Shown here: positions 13,701-27,940 of the stretch, in pieces
Layout of the letters: every line of letters begins with the position of its first letter
Numbering within the stretch: the first letter of the stretch is position 1
NCBI GenBank assembly: GCA_013265495.1
Contig: MU058718.1
Coordinates: 3,858,081 to 3,922,080 of the forward strand
Source of the DNA: Vicugna vicugna
Taxonomy: Eukaryota
Direction of reading: 5' to 3'
DNA length: 64,000 nt
Position numbers and translations under genes: made by a program
The notes under the pieces: model-generated
Databases searched by the model: none
Told to the model about the DNA's origin: nothing
The model's input: the letters and a program-made list of their open reading frames with translations, nothing else

Positions 13701-15319
13701 TCGTAAAACTCTGACCATTTTATTAGTATTTTGGCAGCTTGGATAAGAAGTGTGGTAAGGCAAGGACATGAAATTAATATATTAAGATTTTGGAGATTCG
13801 TAGTTTACTTCCATTAATTATATGTTGACTTTCATGGGAGGTAATAGGACGATGTTTCCCAGATACAGTGACACTTAAAATCAATCCCCACTGGCTTTTC
13901 TCTACCTTCCTTGTCTAATATTCAAAAGGTTATTACTTGTTTGCATCTTAATCTCTTCTTTCTTGTACAAAGTAAAGCAGTTTGCCTATTCTTATAGTCC
14001 AAAAGGATATCTTCAATTAGATGATAAAAAATGGTAATGTCTATCCATACATTTAATAAAAGAAATTGTGCAAATAAAAGTTTCCAAATTCTTAAATTCA
14101 ATAATTCTTCATTATGAATTACATGGATCTCTTGGGAGATCCACGAGCCCCTCCAATTCTGTATGTGTATTTATTTTTTCTGGAGAGATAATCCATATCT
14201 TCCTTCAGATCTAAGAGGCTTGTCCCCACTGGCTCTAAACCACTTTTTTGTGTCTTATTAGCCTGTCCATGCATAGTATTATTTAGGAGCCAGGACATCT
14301 GGGGATCATGCCGGCAGTGAAAGGCAGATCACACTGTGGAAATAAAATTTATTCCTTACTGCCAGCTGTATTCTTTTGTATTGACATGGGTTTCTTCCTA
14401 TTCATTGTTACCATAAGTTCCTAAGCAACTCGAACTGGAGAACTTTATGGCAGGAATGACTGAATATTCGTTCAGGAGTGCATGCTAGCTAAATTCACAG
14501 TTAGATTCCAGAATAGTTGTTACCATCAAAGTACCTTTGCCAGTCTCAGGTTCTTTCTCACTCCATGGTATGTCTGCCACAAGCCACCACATATAACACA
14601 GAGATTTGATTTCTCTGAAGAGGGCTGCTATGTTGTTGGTATCATTGGGAATGACTAAGGTTATTCTCTTTGATTCTTGCCCAATCCCTCCTCCAGTGGA
14701 ATCTCAGCAGTGGTACAAATACCTCTTTCTGCCATTAATTAATAATCAAAATATGATTTTTAAAATTTATGTCCCCTTCTTTTCCCCATTTAATCAATGC
14801 AGATGATAGGAAAACTGATCTGGTTAGTCAGATCACTCCCTCTCCTTTGCCCTTGTTCCTAAGAAATTTAATGACCTTTTAAGAGTTTAAATAATCTCTT
14901 GCATTACCACGCTACCTCCATGCCATCCACCTCTTTAGTATAGCAGAACATGTACATACTGTATAAATTACGCAATGAGAAAAGCTCATTTTGACTCTTA
15001 AGTGGTACCTAGAACAAAAGGTTATAAACTTTCTGGATGACACACCTACCCACTTATAGTTTTTCGTGTACATTTTTGAGGTTATATATTACTGTTCTGT
15101 TAACTAATTGCATTTTACTAAAGAGATAAAGCTGACACATGTCTCCAAGGAATACACTGTGCTTTGGGTTTAGTTTTTTGGCTTATGTATATAGCGCTAA
15201 GGGGCCTAAGGAAAAAAATCATGTGTTTTCAGTCTTTCTAACTGCCTAAATTTTATTTAGTAACATCAAAAAACTAATATTAGTGAAATATTTTTGTACA
15301 TGTCTCTTTTTATTTGAAG

Positions 15320-15401
15320 GTCATCAACATTCCATAACTTTGTCAAAATAGCACTAACCAAAAACCCCAAAAAAAGACCAACCGCTGAAAGACTTCTGAC
15401 T
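15320..15401 (+). CDS. MAP4K5: MAP4K5 exon (82 nt) [27 protein letters not shown]
   Basis: gaag|G ... ACT|gtaagt; subdomain XI. Confidence 0.96.
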
Positions 15402-15513
15402 GTAAGTCATTGAATTTATAGGAGAATTTTCTGTAGTCATGCAGTAATTAGGCATATCACTACAACAACAATATTTAGGTTTCTAATATAAAAATGTTAG
15501 TGGTCTCTTACAG

Positions 15514-15724
15514 CAGGGGTCAGCAAACATTCTGTAAAGAGCCAATAGTAACTATTGTGGGCCATGCTGTCTCTGTCGCATCTCTTCAATTTTGCCCTTG
15601 TAGCACAAAAACAGCCATAGACAGTACACATGAAGGGTATGGCTTTAATACCCAGTAAAACGTCCTTTATAAGAGGAGGCAGTGTACCAGATTTTGCCTG
15701 TGGGCTGTAGTTTGCCAACCCCTG
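15514..15724. mobile_element. MER58A-like hAT-Charlie MITE
   Basis: TIRs caggggtcagcaaac / gtttgccaacccctg; degenerate 8-bp TSD tcttacag / ccttagag. Confidence 0.85.
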
Positions 15725-16338
15725 CCTTAGAGAAAACTCTTAAAAATATTGCTTTCATCTAAAATTAATTGCTTTTCTTGGCTTCTATTGTAAATTTATA
15801 GCATGCTTTGTGTATATATGTGTTTCTAAAATACTCTTATATTAGAAAAAGATGATTACAACAATCGAAGAAAACAATTTAAATGTTCTAAAATTTAATT
15901 ATGTGTTTGTACATTATCATAATTTTATTGAATTAAATACATGCAAGTGTAGAATACACATGCTTTTTTCTTATTGTGATACAAACTGCCATAGTATTCA
16001 TTTGCATATTATTATAATGACGTGGGTAATGAATGCCATCATTGTAGCCAAAGTTGTAATTTGACAACCTAATATAAATCAGTTAACTTTACACAGAGAA
16101 ATCATTTATGTTATAAACTTACCTCACAGTGGTTCTTTAGCTTTATAATATGCAATTATGAATTCTCTGATTAATACTTTTACTAATACATTTTCTAATT
16201 TATTTGTGTTAGTAGGCTCCCAAATGCTTGTCTCTGATAATTACTGAATGGAAAAGTACAAATAACAGTTTCTAAAAGCCATAGATTTTACATCATGAGC
16301 ATACTTACGAAATTTTGTTTTGTTTTGTTTTTACTTAG

Positions 16339-16455
16339 CATACATTTGTAGGGCAGCCAGGTCTCTCTAGGGCCCTAGCAGTTGAGCTGTTGGACAAAGT
16401 GAACAATCCAGACAACCATGCACATTACGCTGAAGGAGATGATGATGACTTTGAG
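16339..16455 (+). CDS. MAP4K5: MAP4K5 exon (117 nt) HTFVGQPGLSRALAVELLDKVNNPDNHAHYAEGDDDDFE
   Basis: ttag|CAT ... GAG|gtaagg; end of kinase domain. Confidence 0.96.
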
Positions 16456-17479
16456 GTAAGGAGTGTTTGCAGTCTGATATTTGAAATGAATGTTTAACGT
16501 GGCCTTAGAGTTTGTGTTCTAATTCACTCTTTTAAGTTAGTTAAAACAGATTTAGTAACAAAGATTAATCAGCAATATAAACTATACTCATCCTGCATAT
16601 AATTACTAGTTGATACTTTTTTAAATTATGTCATAATATGCATAACATAACCAATTGATACTTTTCTTAATCCTACTTCTAGAAAGCACTATATCATTTT
16701 ATTTTCTTAGTTGGCTTGCTTAAAGTTGTTAAGAGATAGCTGAGATTAGAATCAGATCTATGCCTTTCCCCTCCCAGAAATCTAGAAGTGTTTTCTCTTC
16801 TCCCTAGACCTCAACTTCTGTAGTGAGAGTTTGATCTTTCTCTAAAGAGAAGGACATCTATTTCCAAGGAAATACAGGTTTTAGGAACACTGCTTTGGAC
16901 TAACAGAATAAAAGTTTAGCCAGAGCACATTTTTTTCACAAAAGAGAGTCCCCAGAAATCCAATTGGTCATTTCTTTAGTTTCTCTATTCTACAGATCAT
17001 TAACAGGATACAATTTTTTTTTAATTAGGATGAGGTTCCCATAGAAAAATGTTATCTTTTCCAATATGTATTCAAAACTATTATTTGTTATATAATTGCA
17101 TATAGAGGTATTCATAACTATGCTTGCCTTCTCTGAAAATATTGTAGAATTATTCTGAATGTATTTAGCAACACAACATGTAAATCAGGAAAGAAGGACT
17201 TCTTACCCATTGTCAGATACCTGTTTGTGCCTGTACATGTAACACAACTATATTTTTTCACTAATGTCTCTTCCTCTCCTTTTTTTATTTCTGTGTTTCT
17301 CTAAATCTGTGTCTTCATTTCTATTTTATGTCTTTATTTCCCTTTATACCTCTGTCTTCAATTCTTGCAAGACTATAGAACTGAACTTTACGTGTTACTA
17401 TTTATTGAAAGAAATTGTCTACATCATGTACTTAAATTTTAAACTATGTCATTTAAGTATCATGATAACTACTAACACT

Positions 17480-17720
17480 CATTGAGTAGTCATTGTGTAC
17501 CAAGTATTAGGCCAAATAATTTCCATGTTAACTCATCTAATACTCAGAAGAGTCCTTGGCAATAGGTACTATTACTATCCCAATTTTACAAATAAGAAAT
17601 GAAAGAGAAAGAACAGAAGTAATTTCATTTGTCTAAGATTATATGCTTAGCAAGTAGTAGAACCAGGATTTGGATCCAGACAAACTAACTTTAGAACCTG
17701 CTCTTAGTTAATATACCATC
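17480..17720. mobile_element. MIR
   Basis: MIR core taggtactattactatcccaattttacaaataagaaa. Confidence 0.7.
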
Positions 17721-18149
17721 ATTTCTATGTATGTGGTTAATAGAAATAGTCATTAAACAATCTTTGCAAACTAATAATTGCATAGTATATAGCATAGTTC
17801 TATCATGTAGTAGGTACCTGATGAATATTTTGTTGAATGTTAAATGAACTTTAATTGAAAATATTAAATAAACCAGCCATATATAGATTTTTTCCTACTT
17901 AAACCACCATTTGCTGACTTGTAATAAGATTTTAATGTCTTAAAAATTCAAAATTATTTAAATTGTTGTAGCTTAAATATAGGATTAGATATTACTTGAT
18001 TCCCCAATTAGTGTTTCACTGGTTGTGTAAATAACTAAACTCCTCTTTTATTGCCCACACCATTTTGCTGGGCTTCCCAAATCCCCTCTTACCTTTGGAA
18101 TTCTCTATTTCTGTTTAATGGTATTGCCAGACTTTTTAATCCTTGAAAT

Positions 18150-19955
18150 GAAATCCTTGTTCCAGGCAGTTGAGGACACAAGAGTGGATAAGATTGACAT
18201 AATCCCTGTCTTTAGAGAACTTATGGAATGGTCTCAAAAGAAATACAGAAATACAAACAAATAATTTACATGTGTGATTACTGTTATGAAATGGGGAAAT
18301 AAGGGCTATATTTTAGGAACAGGAAAGAATTCACTGTAGAAGCAATATATAAGCTGAAAACCTGAAGGATAAATGGTAATTAGAGGACAAAAGCAGGTAG
18401 AAATGTTCTGAACAGAGGGAATAATAGCATGTTTGAAAGCCTGGTGATAAGAGAGAAGGCAGTGTACTTGAGGAACTAAAGAAAAGTTAGTGTGTTAGAA
18501 CAGAAAACAAGGAAGGAATTTGTGGGAGATGAGGTTACAAAGCTAGACATTTCAAATTTTAAGAATTGGAGGCTTTAGTCTAAGGGCAGCAAAAGCCATT
18601 AAAGGGTAAGGGAGTGATGTAATCAAATGTCACTCCCTTAGCATTTTTTTAAAGGTCTCTGTGACTTCAGGTTGGTGATTCTTTCCTGAAAACCTGAAAA
18701 ACAAAGTTATCCAGGATAGAGATAGTGATGTTTCAGACTAAGGTGGTAGGGCAAGGGAAAAAAGTGGATTCAAGAATAATATGAAAGAAAAAAAAAAATA
18801 GGCCGGTGACATCTTCCAGGTAATGAGGGGTCACCGTGACCTCATTCTTGGCAGTTGTGTCATTTTGAACCCTTGTATTTGAAAAATGTCTGGAATTGAT
18901 GACATCATTAATGTGCAGCTCACTTTCATGTTCTTCCGTAAACTTATTAGAAGTGGATTTGATGTCCACAGAAATATGTTAAAAGGAATTTCTAAACTGC
19001 AGTACCATGTTCTTTCTTTTCCTTTTATTATAAGTCTTCGTTGTGTAGAAACAGTTTTGAATACACAATCACATTTAATTATGAGAAAACAGTAAGTTTG
19101 CATTACAGTTAAATTAAAAGAAGTGAAGACTAAAAATTTGAAGAAAAGAAGAATAATATGAAAGAGTTGGTGATTGGAGGTAGACATGAGGGTGGAGAAT
19201 GAGAAAAGGATTACTCTCAGATTTTGGCTTGAACAGCTAGGTGGATATAAAAGTGCCACTTATCAAGGTAATAATACTAGAGTAAAATCAGGTTTGGGAA
19301 GAAAGATGAGTTTAGTTTTATATATGGTGATTTTGATATTGCACCAGACTTTCAAATGGAGAAGGCTCATAAGGAGTTAGATATCTGGGTATAGCTTGGG
19401 AAGAAAAGCTTGGACTAGAGATATAAATTTGAGAGTCATTAAATATAGTTGTAGTTGATAACTTAAGGAGTAAATGTAATCATCCAAAGGAAGCATTATA
19501 GAATGAGAAATGAAGAGGACCTAGGACAACTTCCTGAGATTTCTCCCCAAAATTAAAAAATCTATTAGGCTAAGAGGAACAGTAAAAGATTAATAAAGAA
19601 CATTAAAAGACAGAGAAAGTTCCAACAAGAAGACTGCCTAGAAATTACACTGAAAGATACTTACAGTAATTCATTTATGAATTTAGTTGTGAAAGGGAGG
19701 TGTAAGAGAGCAGTAGTTGGAGAAAAATGAGTTGGCTGTGGATTTGTTTGTCTTTCGATCTGTCGGTCTGTTTATTGGCCATTCATTGCTTGGTTGATTT
19801 TTATATGAGGCAAAGAGTGTTGAACAGGATTAGATGCTTATGAAAAGGATTTAATAATTAGATATAGAAAAGTCAAGAGAAGCAAAATACATAGGCGAAG
19901 TCCCTGAGAAGGAAGGAGAGGGCAGGATCTAGATTATAAAGAGGGACTTAATCTT
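18150..19955 (-). mobile_element. L2 (left part), interrupted by a retro-insert and by the long L1
   Basis: Purine-rich antisense L2-like sequence, e.g. ttggactagagatataaatttgagagtcatt; resumes after 26420. Confidence 0.7.
18789..19148 (+). pseudogene. Unidentified retrotransposed insert (3'UTR-like retrocopy or orphan transduction)
   Basis: Perfect 17-bp direct repeat aagaataatatgaaaga at 18772-18788 and 19149-19165; ATTAAA at 19113-19118 followed by an A-rich tail. Confidence 0.6.
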
Positions 19956-19970
19956 AAAGATACACTTCTT

Positions 19971-22900
19971 GAAAAGCTTTCTTTTGAAGTGTGGCCAGGA
20001 TGGTGGAGTAGGAAAACCTTGAGGTCACCTCTTCCAATAAGTACACCAAAATATAGCTATCTATAAGGATGTCCTGAAGACTGATAGAAAGGATTTTCCA
20101 CAACTGGTGATGTAAAGCAAGAACTACAATGAGATGAGTAGGAGAGATGGGGACATGGTATAGTCAAGACTCACACCTCTGGGTAGGCAGTCCACAAACA
20201 TGAGGATAATCACAATTTCAGAGATTCTTCCCAAGGAGAGAGGTGTCCTAGCGCCATATCAGGATCCCCAGGTGAGGGGTCCTGCACTGAGAAGACGAGC
20301 CCCAGAACTTCTGGCTTTGAAGGCTAGTGTGGGCTTGTGTACATGAGAGCCAGAAGATTGTAGGAAACGAGAACTCTCCTTTTAAAGGGTGTGTGCAAAA
20401 TCTCACATAGTCCAAGTTCTAGCACACAGAGGCAGTAATTGGAAAGGAGCCTGGGTCAGACCCACATAGTGATATTGGAGAACCTCTCAGAAAGGCAGGA
20501 GACAACTCTACTCCCCCTAAACATACAGATGCTGGTGACAGCCTTTATTGGGAATTTGTTCTACCACTAAGATACTGTTGTTGACAAGTACCATTTTGGA
20601 TTTCTCCCTCTACCCTATTAGTCCTGGGGGCTTATCACCCACCATGGGCTGGCACCAGCCCTGGGCCCTCCTGGCCCCCACAGCCAGCCATGCCAGGACC
20701 TGGCCCTGCCCACCAGTAGGCCATCATCAGCCCTGAGACCCAGTCCCACCCACCAGCAGGCCACCATAGCACCAGGCAGATCATAGTAGCTAACTGAGCT
20801 AGAGGCCAGGCCTACCTACAGTGGATGGCCTTGCCATGACAGAAGGACTCACTAAACCCACTTAGGGGCATCGCTAGACCATATAGCTCTGCTGCCCAGG
20901 GGGGTGTGCTGCTGGGCCCCAAGGGTGTCTGTTACATAAGGTCACTTCTCTAAGACCAGGAAACATAACTGATCTACTTAAGACTTAGAAATAAACACAG
21001 AGAACGAGGCAAACAGAGGCAGAAGAATATGTTCCAAACAAAGGAATAAGACAAAAATCTCAGAGGAAGAATTAAATGAAGTGAAGATACGCTCTCTGCC
21101 TGATAAAGAGTTTAAGGTAGTACTCATAAAGATGCTCAATTAACACAGGAGAAGGATGGAAGAACACAGTAAGGATTTTAAAAAAGAGAAAATATAAAAG
21201 AGAACCAAGTAGAGCTGAGGAATACAGTAGCTGAAATTAAAAATACACTGGAAGGAATCAATAATAGGAACCTACCTAAGATTAGATTAGATAGAGGAAC
21301 AGATTGGTGAACTGGAATACTGAGTAGTAGAAATCACCAAAGATTTGAAGAGGAAAGAGAAAAGATAAAAGAATTATAAAAAATAAGAATGGTTGAAGAG
21401 GCCTCTGAAACAATGTCATGTACTAACATTCACATTCTAGGGATCCCAGAAGAAGAAAAGAGAGAGAAAGGGGTAGAGAACTTACTTGAAGAAACAATAG
21501 CTGAAAACTTTCCTAACCTGGTAAAGGAAACAAACCAAGATCCACATCAAGACACATTATAATTAAACTGTCAAACATTGAAGATAAAGAGAGAATCTTA
21601 AAAACAGCAAGAGAAAAGCAACTCGTTCTGTACAAGGGAACTTCCATAACATTCTCAGCTGGCTTTTCAGCAGAAACTCTGCAGGCCAGAAAAGAGTGGC
21701 ACATTATATTCAAAGTGATGAAAGGAAAACATCTACAATCAACAGTACTCTTTTTGGCAAGGCTATCATTCAGTTTTGAAGGAGAGATAAAGAGTTTTAT
21801 AGACAAGAAGAAATTAAGAGAAGTCAGTACCACTGAACCAGCTTTACAAAAAATGTTAAAGGGACTTCTCTAAGCGGAAAAAAACACAATTAGAAATATC
21901 AAAATTATAAGTAGAAAAAGTAAAAGGCAAACATGTACAGTAAAGGTAATAGACTAATTACTTATAAAGCTAACAGGAAGGTTAAAAGGCAAAAGTAGTA
22001 AAATCATCTCTGTCTATAATAAGTAGTTAAGGGATTCACACACACACACACAAAATATGTAAAATATGATGTTAAAAGCATTAAACATGGGGCAGAGTGG
22101 GGTGCAAAAATTTAACATTGTTGGAATGTGTTAGAACTTAGGAGATCATCAAGTTAAAATAATCCTGGCAGTGTGTGTGGTGGGGGGGCTTATCTGTGAG
22201 CCTCTTGGTAACCATAAACCAAAAACCTGTAGTAGATATATACCCTGAAGAAAGAGAAAGAAATCCAAACATAACTCTAAAGACAGTTATTAAATCACAA
22301 GGAAAAAGAGTAAAAGAAGAAAGAAAAAAAACTACAAAAACAAACAAAATAGTTAACAAAATAACAATCCATACTTATCTATCAATAATTACTGTAAATG
22401 TAAATGGACTAAATGCTTCAATCAAAAGACATAGAGTGGCTAAATGGATACAAAAACAAAACCCATATATATGCTGTCTATAAGAGTCACTTCAGATTTA
22501 AAGACACACATAAACTGTATAAAGCGGTGGGAAAAGGTATTCCATGCACATAGAAATCTGTGGAAAGCTGGGGTAACAATGCTTATATCAGACAGACTTT
22601 AAAGACAGAACTGACTTTAGAGACAAAAAAGGACATTACGTAATGATTAAGAGATGGATCCAATAAGAGCTAACAGTTGTAAATATATATGCACCCAATA
22701 GGAGCACCTAAATATATAAAGCAAATATTAACAAACATAAAGGGAGAAATTGACAATAACAGTAATAGTAGGGGACTTTAATACACCACTTCCATCAGTG
22801 GACAGATCATCCAGATAGAAGGAAACACTAACTTAAAAGGGCATATTAGACCAGATGCATTTAATGGATAAAATAAAATTTTCCATCCAAAAGCAGCAAA

Positions 22901-25900
22901 ATAGATATGCTTTTCAATCACAGTATTTTCTAGGATTGATCACATGATATGCCACAAAACAAGTCTCAATAAATTTAAGATTGAAATCGTATCAGGCATC
23001 TTTTCTGACCACAAAGATATGAAGCTAAAAATGAACTACAAGGAAAAAACTACAAAAAAATACAAATTCTTGGAGGCTAAACACTAATCAACCAATGGGT
23101 CATGGAAGAAACCAAAAAGGAAATTAAAAAATACCTGGAGACAAATGAAAATGGGAACACAACCATCCAAAATCTATGGGATGCAGCAAAAGCAGTTCTA
23201 AAAGGAAAGTTTATAGCAAGTCTACCTCAGGAAGCAAGAAAAATCTCAAACATTTAAGCACACACCTAAAGGAACTAGAAAAAGAAGAACAAACCAAACT
23301 AAAAGTAAGTAGAAGGAAAGAAATAATAAAGATCAGAGCAGAAATAAGTGAAATAGAAACTTAAAAAAAAGATCAATGAAAGTAAGAGCTGATTCTTTGA
23401 AAAGATAAAGAAAATTGATAAACTTTTAGCCAGACTCATCAAGAAAAAATTAGAGGATCCAAATAAAATCAGAAATGAAAGAGAAGTAACAACTAACACG
23501 TAGAAATACTTAAGAATCATAAGAAGATACAACAAACAATTATATGCTAGTAATATGGACACCTAGAAAAAAATGGATAAATTCCTGGAGACATACAAAC
23601 TATCAAGACTGAATCAGGAATAAATAGAAAATATAAACAGATGGATTACTAGTAATGCAATTAAATCAGTAATATGATAAATTTCCAGTAAACAAAAGTC
23701 CAGTACTAGACATTTTCAGCAGTTAATTTTATCAAACATTTAGAGAAGAGTTAACTATTCTTTTCAAACTGTTCAAAAAATTGCAGAGAAAAAATTGCTT
23801 CCAAACTCATTCTACAAGGCCAGCATCACCCTTATACCAAAATCAGACAGGGGCACCACTGGTGGGGAAAAAAGGAGATGAAGAAGAGAAAGTTACCGGC
23901 AATATCACTGATGAACACAGATGCAAAAATCTTCAACAAAATATGAGCAAACCAAATTCAACATTACATTAACAGGATTATACACTATGATCAAGTGGGA
24001 TTTATCCCAGTGATACAAGTGTCCATAAATCAGTCAGTGTGAGACACTATATTAACAAACCGAAGAATAAAAATTATGATCTTCTCAGTAGATGCAGAAA
24101 AAACTTTTGATAAAGTTCAACATCCATTTATGTTAAATACTCTCAACAGTGTGTATAGAAGGAGCATACCTCACATACTGAAGATCCCCATATAACAAAC
24201 CTACAGCCAACATCATACTCCATGGTGAAAAGCTGAAAATATTTCCTCAAAGATCAAGAACAAGACAAGGATGCCCACTCACGCCACTTTTATTCAGCAT
24301 AGTATTGGAAGTCCTAGCCATATAGCAGTCAGACAAGAAATAGATATAAAAGGAATCCAAACTAAAAAATAAGTAAAAACTGTCACTGTTTACAGATAAC
24401 ATGATATTTTATATAGAAAATCCTGAAGATACCATTAATAAAAACTATTAGAACTAATAAATGAAGTCATTGAAGTTTCAAGATACAAAAGTAATATATA
24501 AAACTCTGTTGCATTTCTATATGCTAATAGTAAACTGCCAGATAACTTAAGAAAACAATCCCATTTACAATTGCATCAAAAAGAATGAAATATCTAGGAA
24601 TACCTAAGGAGGTAAAAGACTTGTGCTTGGAAAAGTGCATGACGGTGGTCAAATAAACTGAAGGTGACCCAAACAAGTGGAAAGATACACCATGCTCATG
24701 GATTGGAAGAATTAATATTGTTAAAATGAGCATATTATCCAAGGTAATCTACAGATTAAATGCATTTCCTATCAAAATACCAATTACATTCTTCACAGAA
24801 CCAAAACAAACAAGTCTACAGTTTGTATGGAAATACGAAAGACCCCAAATAGCCAAAACTACCATGAGAAAGAAGAATAAAGCTGTGGACATATCATGCT
24901 CATTCATTTCAAACTATACTACAAAGCTACAATAATCAAAATAGTATGGTACTGGCATTACAACAGACACATAGATCGGTGGAACAGAACAGAGAGCCCA
25001 GAAATAAACCCACACTTTTATGGGCAAATAATTTATGACAAAGGAGGAAGAATATACAATGGGCAAAAGACAGCCTCTTTAGTAAGTGATGTTGGGAAAA
25101 CTTGAGTTACATACAAAGAATGAAACTGGATTGCTTTCTCGAATCAAATATAAAAATAAACTCAAAATGGATGAACGTTTAAATGTAAGACCTGAAACCA
25201 TAAAACCCTAGAAGAAAACATATTATGGTCTTTGATATCTATCTTAGCAATTTTTTTTTTGGATGTGTTTCCTTAGTCAAGGGAAGCAAAAGCAAAAATA
25301 AACAAATGGGACTACATCAAACTAAAAAGCTTTTGCACAGCAGAGAAAATGTCAACGAAATGAAAACATCACCTGCTGAATAGGAGAAGATATTTTCAAA
25401 TAATATATTCTGATAAGGGGTTAATATCCAAAATATACAAAGAACTCATATAACTCAACATCAAAAAAACCAACAACCTGATTAAAAAATGAACAGAGGG
25501 CCTGAGTAGACACCTTTCTGAAGAAGATATACAGATGGCCAACAAACACATGAAAGGATGCTCAGCATCACTAATCATCAGGGAAAAGCAAATCAAAACC
25601 ACATGAGATATCACCTCATACTTGTCAGAATGGCTAGCATCAAGACAAGAGCAAATATAAGTGTTGGTGAGGACATGGAGGAAAGGGAATTCTTGTGCAT
25701 TATTGGTGGGATTGTAAATTGGTGCATCCACAAAAGAAAACAGTATGGCGGTTCCTCAAAAAATTTAAAACAGAACTGCCATATTATCTAGCAGTTTCAC
25801 TTCTGGGTATTTACCTGGAGAAAACAAAAACACTAGTTCAAAGATACATGCACCTGTATGTTCACTGCAGCATAGTTACAATAGCCAACATGTGGAAGCA

Positions 25901-26405
25901 GCATAAGTGTCCATTAGCAGACAGATGGATAAAGAAGATATAGTGTATGTGTATATACATATACACGCATAATGGAGTATTGATTAGCCATTAAAAATGA
26001 AATCTTCCCATTTTGACAACAAGGATGGAATCTAGAGGCTTATGCTAAGTGAAATAAGTCAGCCAGAAAGACAAATAGCACATGATCTCACTTGTAAATG
26101 AAATCTAAAAAACAGAACAAAATAAAATGAAAACAGACTCAAATACAGAGAAGAAACAGGTTGTGGGGATGGGCAAAATAGGTGAAGGGGAATAAGGGGT
26201 ACAAACCTTCAGTTAAATAAGTCACAGGGATATAATAAACAGCATAAGGAATCTGTTCGATAGTGTTATGTTACTTTTGTATGGGGACAGGTGGTTATTA
26301 CACTTATAGTGGTGATCATTTCATAATATATGCAAATGTCAAATCATTATGTAGTGCATTGAAACAACATAATATTGTACATTAACTATATTTTGGTTTA
26401 AAAAA
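19971..26405 (+). mobile_element. Near full-length decayed LINE-1 (5'UTR, ORF1 about 21020-21873, ORF2 about 22360-26100, 3'UTR, polyA)
   Basis: Endonuclease N-terminus YLSIITVNVNGLNASIKRHRV; RT and C-terminal remnants; TSD aaagatacacttctt (19956-19970) / aaagaaatacttctt (26406-26420), 13/15 match. Confidence 0.95.
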
Positions 26406-26420
26406 AAAGAAATACTTCTT

Positions 26421-27290
26421 CTCTAGCTTTAAGATAGTTGAGATTATAGCTAGAAGTTTTCATCTATTTGATGATTTCTGTTTTCTTTGTGAGCTAGGTG
26501 GCAATGTCATCTCCTGAAAGTGTGAAGGAGGTGGGTTTGAAGAGTGTGGTGAAGCTATGAAGTAGTAATTGAGGACAATGGATGTGTTAAATGACTAGAG
26601 AGGTATTTATGGGCAAAACTGAAGTCTCAAATGAGATGACTTTTCAGTGTGTTCTCCTGTGTCATTTTCCTCCAGCAGTGATTGGCACCCCTGATGTAAA
26701 CCAAAGGTGATTAGTTTGATTCATCCAGGGCTGTCATTTTGGTATGCCAGTGTACTGAGGGACAGGGGGACAAATGAAATTTAGGTTATATGCAAGAGAT
26801 TGCTTGAAATTTTGGACCACCAAATCTAAACTGAATAGGAAGAAAATTGAAGATAGAGGAAATGCATATGAAGAGTGAGAAAGTAATGGACTGATGAACT
26901 TGAGATTTCAGTGTGAACATTTAAAAAGTATAATGGGAGTAAATGAGAGAGTAAGCTCAAAGGATGAGAATTTTGGAGTATTGTGTGAATTCATATATCA
27001 GAGCTAATTGATAAGGTCCAGGATATGATCTTAGTAGTATTGGGTGCGTTGAACTATGGTAGAATGTCTTTAGAGATGAGGTCAGAAAACTTAAGTCCAG
27101 AGCAGTGGGCTTTTGAAGTCCTTTGGTATGATGGTGAATCTTCAAGTAGAGAAAAAGACATATGAGCCACTGTCCAAGTCATCAATGAATGAGAGCAAGT
27201 CATCAGAAATTTGGTAAATAAGAGTTGAGCTGAAGGCATTGTTTGTTGTAAGATCAGGAATTTATACAAAAGGGTGAAAGAGGTAAGCTT
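26421..27290 (-). mobile_element. L2 (continuation after the L1)
   Basis: gatttctgttttctttgtgagctaggtggcaatgtcatctcctgaaag resembles antisense L2. Confidence 0.65.
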
Positions 27291-27294
27291 TCTC

Positions 27295-27940
27295 ACTTGA
27301 TTTACTACAATATTCTTACTCAGTCTCCCTGCATACAGTATTTCTCCCCTCCATACCCTCTACATGCTTTATCAGATTACTCTTAAAGCTGACCCTTGTG
27401 ATGTCACTCCCTGTCTGTAAAATCTCCAAAAAATTATTTTGCCAGGAATATAAAATTGAGAGCCCTAGCCTAACATTCAGAGCCTTTCCTGATCTGGCTC
27501 ATCCTCAAGTTTGCCTTTTCAGCTTTGTCATCTCCTCACTTAATGTTCACTGTAGCCAAATAATAATCAACTCCAATTCCCCTAAACACTTCACAATTTT
27601 CTTTTCTTCTTGTATCACTTTGCTCATATTCTTTCTGCTGTCTAAAATGCATTGCCCACATTGCTGCACAATTAATGCCTACTTGTCCTTCAAGGCCCCA
27701 GATCAGAATATAACTCCATCATGAAGAATTTCTTTACCCCTTCAGATGGAAGTCATTTCTCCTTCCTCAGGGCATTAGTAATAATCTTAATGAATGACAC
27801 TTATTTTCTAATCTTATAAGTATTTGTGTGTCTTATTTTCCTAGACTATAAGCTCTTTTGAATATAAGATTTCCATCTGACTTTCTTTGACTCTCTTCAG
27901 TATTTTATACTGTATAAAGATGGAATAAATGAATAAACTT
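27295..27940 (+). mobile_element. L2 3' portion, sense
   Basis: Pyrimidine-rich L2 3' region ending gaataaatgaataaa. Confidence 0.6.

Noticed and set aside
18733..19259. Minus-strand ORFs of 78 and 142 aa over the retro-insert
   Set aside because: They cross insert boundaries and show no protein similarity I can recognise.
22175..25943. Active L1 ORF2
   Set aside because: Fragmented by many stops and frameshifts; not retrotransposition-competent.
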